NCBI RefSeq assembly: GCF_036321535.1
Contig: NC_087436.1
Location: 29,452,001-29,516,000 of the forward strand
Direction: 5' to 3'
Origin: Camelus dromedarius
Lineage: Eukaryota
Length of the DNA: 64,000 nucleotides
How positions within the stretch are numbered: position 1 is the stretch's first letter; the number at the start of each line of letters is the position of its first letter. The notes below the pieces were generated by a model. That model saw nothing but the letters and a program-made list of their open reading frames with translations, was not told the origin of the DNA and ran no database searches. This document shows positions 55,735 to 64,000 of the stretch, piece after piece. The translations under genes were made by a program, and so were the position numbers.

Positions 55735-56983
55735 AGATTTAAATGTAAGACCAGAAACCATAAAACTCTTAGAGGAAAACATAGGCAGAATACACTCTGA
55801 CTTAATAGTAGTAATATTTCTTTTTTTGGATATGTCTCGTAAAGCAAAGAAAACAAAAGCAAAAACAAACAAATGGGACCTAATTAAACTTAAAAGTTTT
55901 TGCACAACAAAGGAAATCTTTGATAAAATAAAAAGACAACCTGCTGAATGGAGAAAATATTTGCAAATTATATGACTGACAGGGGGTCAATAGCCAACAT
56001 ATATAAACAGTTCAAACAACTCAACATCAAAAAAAAAAAACCAACAACCTGATTTAAAAATGCCAAAAACTACATAAACATTTTCTCCAAATAGGAAATG
56101 CAGATGGCCAACAGGCACATGAAAAGATGCTAAGCATCACTAGTCATGAGGGAAACGCAAATCAAAACTACAATGAGATACCAGCTCACACCTGTCAGAA
56201 TGACTATCATCAAGAAAGGATGCAAATAACAAATGCTGGCAAGGATGTGGAGAAAAAGGAACCTCTGTACACTGTTGGTAGGAATGTAAATCGGTGCAGA
56301 CACTGTGGAAAACAGTATGGAAGTTTCTCAAAAAACTAAAAATAGAACTACAGGACCCAGCAATTCCACTCCTGGGTATACAATCAAAAAAACAAAAACA
56401 CTAATTTGAACAGATATATTCACCCCGATGTTCGTAGCAGCATTAGTTACAATTACCAAAATATGGAAGCAACCTAAGTGTTCATCAACAAGTAAATGGA
56501 TAAAGAAGATGTGCTTTATATGCACACAATGGATAACTACTCAGCCATAAAAAAGAATGAAATTTTGCCTTTTGCAGCAATATGGATGGACCTGGATGGT
56601 CTTACGCTAAGTGCAATAAGTGAGACAGACAAACACTGTAATGACAACACTATAATGATATTATTTACGTGAGACCTAAAAAATAAAACAAATTAGTGAA
56701 TATAACAACAACAAAAAAAGACTCAGATATAGAGAACTAACTAGGGGTTACCAGTGGGAAGAGGAAAGGTGCGAGGGGCAATAAAGAGGTAGGGGATTAA
56801 GGGGTACAAACTATTATGTATAAAGTAAGCTACAGGATATATTGTACAACCCAGGGAATATAGCCAATATTTTATGATAACTATTAATGGAGTATAACCT
56901 TTAAAAATTGTGACTCACTATGAGGTAGACCTATAACTTTTATAATACTGTACATCAACTCTTCAATAAAAAATTTTAAAAAA
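55735..56983 (+). mobile_element. 5'-truncated LINE-1 of intermediate age
   Basis: Frameshifted ORF2 C-terminus (aaatgggacctaattaaacttaaaag, cccagcaattccactcctgggtata), full 3' UTR, aataaa at 56965-56970 and a degenerate A-tail. Confidence 0.95.
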
Positions 56984-57825
56984 TATTAAGGGGCCATGCT
57001 GTATGTGTTGGTGAAAAGGGAGTACTTCTATTTTATTAACCTTGGGGAAATCAGAAATTTCTGTATTTCTTCCTATAACACTATCCAAATCTCTAGACAT
57101 TAACTTTTGCATTAGAAAGTCCTACAGCATTATATATTTCCAAATGCTCATATTTTAACATTGACACTATGTCTTTCTTTGCTCACTCTCCCGTTTTTCC
57201 CTCACATTTCCCAATGTCATATATTGTTTTGTGGTTTAATTTATAAAATACCATCAAAGTATCACATACAATATGATTTTTAGATACCAAATAATTACAT
57301 AACAGTTTAATTATGAAAATCAAGAGTTCCCTCATCATTCATCCTCTCCCTAACACTTGTCTCCAAAAACCACTTTAATTAATTTTATTTTTAAGTTTTC
57401 ACTGGTTTACTCCTATGACAGACTTTTAATTTTTCTCCATTACCTATTTTCCCTTTTTCCATGTAGCAAAATGACTTAATGCAAAGCTAGAAACCTCCTT
57501 CCCTATCTTGTCTTACTGCCAGATACGGCCATGTGACTAAATTCAAGCCAATAGGATAGGAGCCGCTTCTGGTCACAAATTTTAAGAATTAAAATGATGG
57601 TCTTCTATCTACTTTCTTTCTTCATTCCCAAGGAAAACAGATGTGCTGTTAGTGAACAACCCACTATCAAGCAGGTGAGTAAGACACCCTGGAGGAGAGC
57701 AGAACAGTAAGAAAGAAGAAAACCTAGGTGCCTGGAAATCTTCACAGAGTATAATGAGCTATATAACTCCTCAGAGAGTTAACTCTTTGGAATATTTAGA
57801 TTTTCATTTTTTTACATAGTATACC

Positions 57826-57874
57826 TATACACACACACACACACACATACACACACACACATATACACATACAT
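57826..57874. repeat. (CA)n microsatellite
   Basis: Direct observation. Confidence 0.95.
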
Positions 57875-60800
57875 AAACGTATTTAAAATATTTCTTTAAA
57901 GGTGAACATTTTCTTGTTGATTCTGTTTAGACATTGTAATCCTTTCTATTCTAATTCCTTTGCCATTCAGCTCTCGGATATTTTTTACTATTACATTCCG
58001 ATATTTTTCTTCTCCCCATTTTCTTTCAATGCTTTTGACATGTCTGATGTCTAGCTCAGATCCCATTTGCTACTTGAAATCACACAAGACAAGTACAGCC
58101 TGCCTTAGTTCCTTTTAGCCTCTGAACATTAATTACATTTAAAATTAGCATATGAGGCTTGATATGTGTATGTGTCTTTACATGGAGAGGTAGGGTTGTA
58201 CACTTGACGATTCTGACTATAATTTTCCATTGTAGTTTTGCCTCCATAACTGAATTAGAAAATCCCTGAGGCATTCATAATATTTTAACTCCTGTGCTTA
58301 CTCTGTCACTTCTTCTGCTAAATCCTCTATAATATATTATGATTAACAAAATGTAGTGTCCTGTGTGTCCTTCAAGGCATTTCATTCTTTATTTGCTTTC
58401 ATAAAATGCACAGATTCTCTCTATGATGTGACATGATCTTTGAATAATGTTTTTATATCACACAATTTATTAGTAATGTTACTTTGTTTAAATCTAAACC
58501 TTTCAATGTATTTGTAGGGTAGCTACTTGGTCTTCTATTTTGTCCCTTACCCATTAATACCACTAGTGCCATTAGAACTGTTAGGAGTACATCAATACAT
58601 ACTTTCTGAATGAAATCAATTCAATAAACAAAACAATTTAGCAAACAGTAAGCACGATGTGGCTTATTAATGGTGAAAATACCATATTTGATTAAAATCT
58701 GCCAAATGTGTAAAATGCAAACACTGATTAGTGAAAAGTGAGGGTGGGAGGGAAGGAAAAACTTGCTACACAGCTGTTCTCCTAGTTAAGGACCCACTCA
58801 GAAATGCAAACATACTAGTGTAACTCTTGGTGCATACCAAAATAAACCTGCACTAGAGCAGTAAACCTTTTGGTTGAGTCAAAAAAATGAACCCCTTGTA
58901 AGTGAAGGAGAAAAGAGAGCAGAACTGTACACTGCAGCCTCAGAGTACAGCACTACTTTCAAGATAGCAGGATGCTGGGCTGGCCAAAACGTTTATAATG
59001 TACTCATACGTATATACATTGAATGCCATTTATTTCATCAACTGTAAAACAGATTTACAATTCTTCATGCTTTCATTGTCTTTGTAATGGTATTTAAAAT
59101 ATGTAGCTATCTCTGGAGTGTGGACTGCTGATTAAGCTATTTCAAATGCTGTCTTCTTGATATACTTTATGTTATATATACATGTATATATATACTTATG
59201 TCACATTATTTATGCTATATTTTACAGTAAATTATATTGCATATCCTACAGCAATATATTTGTGCACATTTTTTATTTCAAGATCTCAATGTCTATTAAA
59301 TCTGATTTCACTTTTCAAGTAAATAATATCATTCAAAGCTTTACTTATGAGATAATAGTTAAAAGTAGAAGCTCTGGACTCAAACACATTACGTTGAATT
59401 CCAAACTCACTTAGACTTTTTTGTTTACAAATATCTTTATTATTTTTATTAAAATGTTTAATAATAGCTATTCATATGATTATGAAATGTATCTATTATG
59501 GTAGCTCTTGTGAGCTTTATTTTCTAACTGGATGCAAGTGTTAAAATACCCATTTAATACTGTAACACTGTGTTGAAATAACACAAATATTAATAACAGA
59601 AGTAATCCTATCTTGAGATGACTTATGTGTATACAAGCAAAAGTTTTTTTCTGGCTAATAAAAATGACTTTATTTTTAGTTTGAGAATAATAGAGCCTGA
59701 GCTATACTTTAATAAAGAATACATAAATAATTTTTACTTGGAATTTATGTATCATTTATGGAAATAATGTATTTACAGTTAACCATTTGCAGGTTCACAA
59801 CAGTTTTAGGAGACGATTATTTTTATACCTGTATGAAGCAGCCTCTATTTAGAAAGGAGAACGTATAATTTAATGAAAGGGACTTTGTGCCGGTAGTCAC
59901 AAGCCTTAACCTTCTATCTCATTCCCAATCTTATGCTAACTTTCGTAAGATAATTAACCTCTTTCATCTGTGAAGAAAATACATCATGTTATAAATAGAA
60001 ATATTATGTATAATCCAAAATAGCAGGCGACCTATGAAAGCTACATTTCCTTTCACATGAAAATCTAGGACATATGAGAAGAATTAGAATGCAATATATT
60101 TTGATCCCCCAAATGTACTGTATGGTATTCATTTTGATATGAATAACAAACCTTTTCGTAGTTTCAAACAATGCCTTTTGGGATATATTCTATGATGGTT
60201 ATGTAAAATATCTTGCAGATGCTTTATTCCTTTAACATTTGCAAAATTTGTATTTCATCCTCATGAGCCTTCTGTTTTGTTTAAGGCTGGATAGGGTAAA
60301 TGTTGGTGCAAACTAATTAGCATCAAAAAATACCAAGTTGATCAGATAGTAATTCAAAAGCAAATACACATGATCCTGTTATTGAGTTACCTGGATTTTA
60401 CTTTAATGCTCAATAGATGAAAAACATGTTCTACAAGTATGTGTTTGAATTGGTTTTCTTAATTCTGTTTCAAATTATACAATTCTTTTATTTTTTTAAT
60501 AATTCTTATAGTTAATAAATTTATTTCACACATTACTAGTAATTTTCACTTAATTTGAAGGTATTTTCTGGTTTCTCTTTCTAGGTAAGGAATATTTTAT
60601 TACTGAAGTACTTGAAATACAAGTAACTATTAGCTGCTATGTATTTTCATTAAATCAATTTCATTCATATCAGTTTGATAAAAGGACAAGAATAAAACAA
60701 TATTATTATGTAAACATCAATATTAGAACAGCAGTCCCTTATTTTGGTCCCTGTGAGTTGTTTTGTAACTAAAAAAACGCAAATATTTCTAATTTCACAT

Positions 60801-62924
60801 GTCACTAAGAAGCAGTGTCATTAAAAACCAAGTTAAAATACATGACTGTATTGTATTTTTAAAACCAGTTCGTCTCACTTACATCTGCATAGGTATCTTG
60901 ATGGGGGTTACAGACTTGAGCTTTCTGAGTGGCATTGCTGTTTTACGGAACAGTAGAGAACCACAAAATCCTAGAATTCTGGATTTGAATGCTAGTTTTG
61001 TCAGTTAACAGCAACATAGATTTCAGGAATCACTTAATATGCCTAAATCTCAGTGACCTCATCTAAGAAAAGTAGGTCATGTTCACCTTGAAAAATGGTT
61101 TATACATTTAATTTTCAAAAATTAGGTAAAATGCCTAATATATTTCTTAGTAAATACTAAGTACTAAATATTATTAGACAGTAGCAACAACATATTTTCC
61201 TTGTTCACACTCCAGGTTTTATAGGAAAAAAAAAGGAAATAATATCTATAAAGTCCGGAAAGAAGTGAAAAATATTTTTATTATCTTAGCAGCACTGATA
61301 ATACATGCATCTATTTTTCCCTCTGTGTATTGTATTTAGTTGTAAATATGGTATAAATACAATTTATAGACTCTCAAATTGTACTTTATATCAGAGACAT
61401 TTCTCCATTCTTGGACATGACTGTATTGTTTACAGTCTCATAGAGTTTATTCAGATGTAGAGATGAAAATTCTACATATATGATTTGAAAAGGGGATGGT
61501 TTCTACAAAGGTGTTCAATACCACTCATCTAGAAAACACACAAGTGCATACATGCAGACATACACCCAAATAAAATTGATTAAAGAGATATAAAAAAACA
61601 ATATTGAGGATATCCATCAGGAGAAGCCTAAATATGTTACCACACAATATGAACAATTCTTTAGTCATACTGAAGATATACTTATTGATGAGGAAGTTGT
61701 GATATATTAAGAACTAAAACAGAAATATAATCAAGAAACTGCAAAGCCCTAATTTGGAGGGTCAAGAGTTACAGAAGAAGCTAGAGCACTGGAGAGGCAG
61801 GACTACCTCATCTGAAGTGCTTTTAATGTAATGGAGCCACAGATTTCAAAAGGGACTCTGTCATGTGAATATCTATGGACAGAAAACATCTGCTGATTCT
61901 AAGAAGTCACATTGACCTGAATTGTCCCTAATACTCTGGATTTATCTTGAACTAACAGAGCACTCTGCTGACTTGACAATAGTTTTCCATGACATGGCAG
62001 GATCTTGACATGCTGTTGCGTATCTCTGCAAAGTCACAGAAAGAAACTCCTCAGTATTGAGACTAGACATAATCACATTTTGTACCTACCCAAACAGAAA
62101 ACTGAATTTAGAAATACAGTCCTTAGAAGAGTAGATTCAACAAGCATAGAAAAATAATGAAGCAGAAAGTTCCATTGAATCACTTCCTATATCAATTTAT
62201 GCTGAATCACAGGAATGGTAATATTTGCATACTTCAGTGTTTCAGCTAAAAATATGTATATATTTCTTTAGCACAAATTAATAATGAAAAGAAGCAGTAA
62301 AATCCAGGCATAATTTACTCATAAATATCTGATGAAGAGAGACTTCTCCATTCACTGATAAATATAAGGAAACAACAACATAAGCCCTATAAAAATATGG
62401 AATAAACTGATTAAGCGGACTATATTTTGAAGCATGACTGTGTTACATTAGATTCAAAGCACATAATCACACGATTTCAGTTCAATCAGATAATTTGTGA
62501 TTATTAAATTCTAGCATTCTCCAATATTAGTAAATCTTTTGACATAATTTCTTAAAAAGTTAGATTTAAACTAAATATACATGTGTAAATACACATGTGT
62601 TTATCACATATTTGTATTTAATCAATGTTCCCAGAAGACCCTACAAAACCAAGTTATCTCAGTTAATTTTATATAGACTATATACTTAAATATACTCATA
62701 AACAATGATTCATCTAATAAAAATTTTTGTGCAAATAATAAATGGTTCAGGGTGCCTTCTGAGTTTTCAAGGATATGAGAACAAAATGGAGAGGGTAAAC
62801 GTTTCCTCAAATAAATACTTTTAGTGTAAGAGTTCATAAAGGAGATATGAGAAGATAGTGTATACCACACCTCCCCATAATCCATCCACATGACCCAATC
62901 ATGCTTAGCATCTTTAGTAACTAT

Positions 62925-63065
62925 TATCAGTTTCATAGGGCTGTTATAGCTAAGTACCACTAACTCGTGACTTAAAAAACAAGATACATTTATTATGTCA
63001 CAGTTTTGGAGGCCAGAAGTCTGAAATTAACATCAGCATGGTTGGTTCCTTCTGAGGGTTCTGAG
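62925..63065 (-). mobile_element. MaLR (MLT1-type) LTR fragment
   Basis: attatcagtttcatagggctgttatagctaagtaccac...atttattatgtcacagttttggaggccagaagtctgaaatt. Confidence 0.75.
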
Positions 63066-64000
63066 TGAACAAATACAATGTCCTATTTAATGGTACACAA
63101 TGAACACAGGTAAATTCAAATATTGCAAAAGTGGTTTCAAACTGGGTATTGTATAAAAAGCCTTAACTGTAAGACTACACCATGCTGTTTACACAAGCCT
63201 CAATCAGAATGAAAATTGTTGACTTGTCATCATAAATTATCAGGATATAGCAGTAACATTTTTATAGATTCTATCAGAGTTGCTGCCTTAAAATTGAAAT
63301 GATTTTTATTATAATAATATGAACTGACTTTGACATTAAGAATCTTTTTTCAGGAAATTCCAAAAAATTATTTCATAAAGTTTTTATAATTTCCTATATG
63401 TGGGCCAACATCACTTCTTACAGGAAGTTGCTTTTAACTGCCTTATAAGTCCTTTCTGTAAAAATTCAAGATCATATTTTATGTAATTGCTTTGTTAAAT
63501 TTATTTATCATATTTGTTAATATTAATTGAAATGCGAACACTGAGGTATTTTTAACTACAGAAATTTAGAGATGCTTCAAATGAAATGCTATAAAATTTT
63601 ATTTAAAAAGGCTTACAAAATATCAACTTAAATTTATTGATTATATATTATTGTTGAGTATACTTGATAATTTTGTTGACATAATTCCAAACCTTAATAG
63701 GCATTAAAAGTGATGTTTGAGGTCTAAAATCCCCATTAGAGTAATTTGGTTTAAAAAGCATTTGAGACTTAAGAACCACAAAATTTTTGAGCACTTGTCA
63801 ATTACCAAAATAGAGAAATATTTTTAAATATCTAAAAAAATGAGTATGGCTTTCAACTACATAGCATCTAGGGGATGCCAACCAATAGAAAGTAAACAAA
63901 CAAATCAAACAACGCTTCTGTTCATCAAGATCTTTCTGTTGACTTAAATTCATAGCAACACTGGCTCTCAGGGCCAGCTAATTTACTGATTACATGTGAT

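Noticed and set aside
1..64000. CRISPR array, tRNA/rRNA genes, operon-like or defence systems
   Set aside because: The sequence is mammalian repeat-rich DNA. I saw no regularly spaced direct repeats, structured RNA genes or dense coding regions.

Overview
AT-rich mammalian genomic DNA (gene desert or very large intron). I found no convincing host protein-coding exon, RNA gene, CRISPR array or prokaryotic system. The window is layered with interspersed repeats: old L1M, L2 and MIR, ERV/MaLR solo LTRs, hAT MITEs, a piggyBac-type relic and several younger LINE-1 copies. I saw no Alu, B1, Bov-A, Can-SINE or PRE1 SINEs. Together with the L1 3' UTR type, this suggests a cetartiodactyl, possibly a camelid (inference only). 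Repeat family names come from recognition of consensus motifs and were not checked against a database. The most notable structure is three non-canonical LINE-1 insertions within about 15 kb. (1) 33610-36083: a young L1 with an open ORF2 remnant carrying a ~510-bp GC/CpG-rich 3' transduction, with two poly(A) tails and a target-site duplication (TSD) around the whole unit. (2) 37710-38454: a perfect 214-bp inverted duplication of local unique DNA fused by microhomology to a tiny L1 3' fragment. (3) 23325-25161: a twin-primed (5'-inverted) L1 whose TSD also encloses a 3' tail from a different, older L1 family. These are known mechanism classes seen as locus-specific events; I cannot support a claim of a wholly new biological system.
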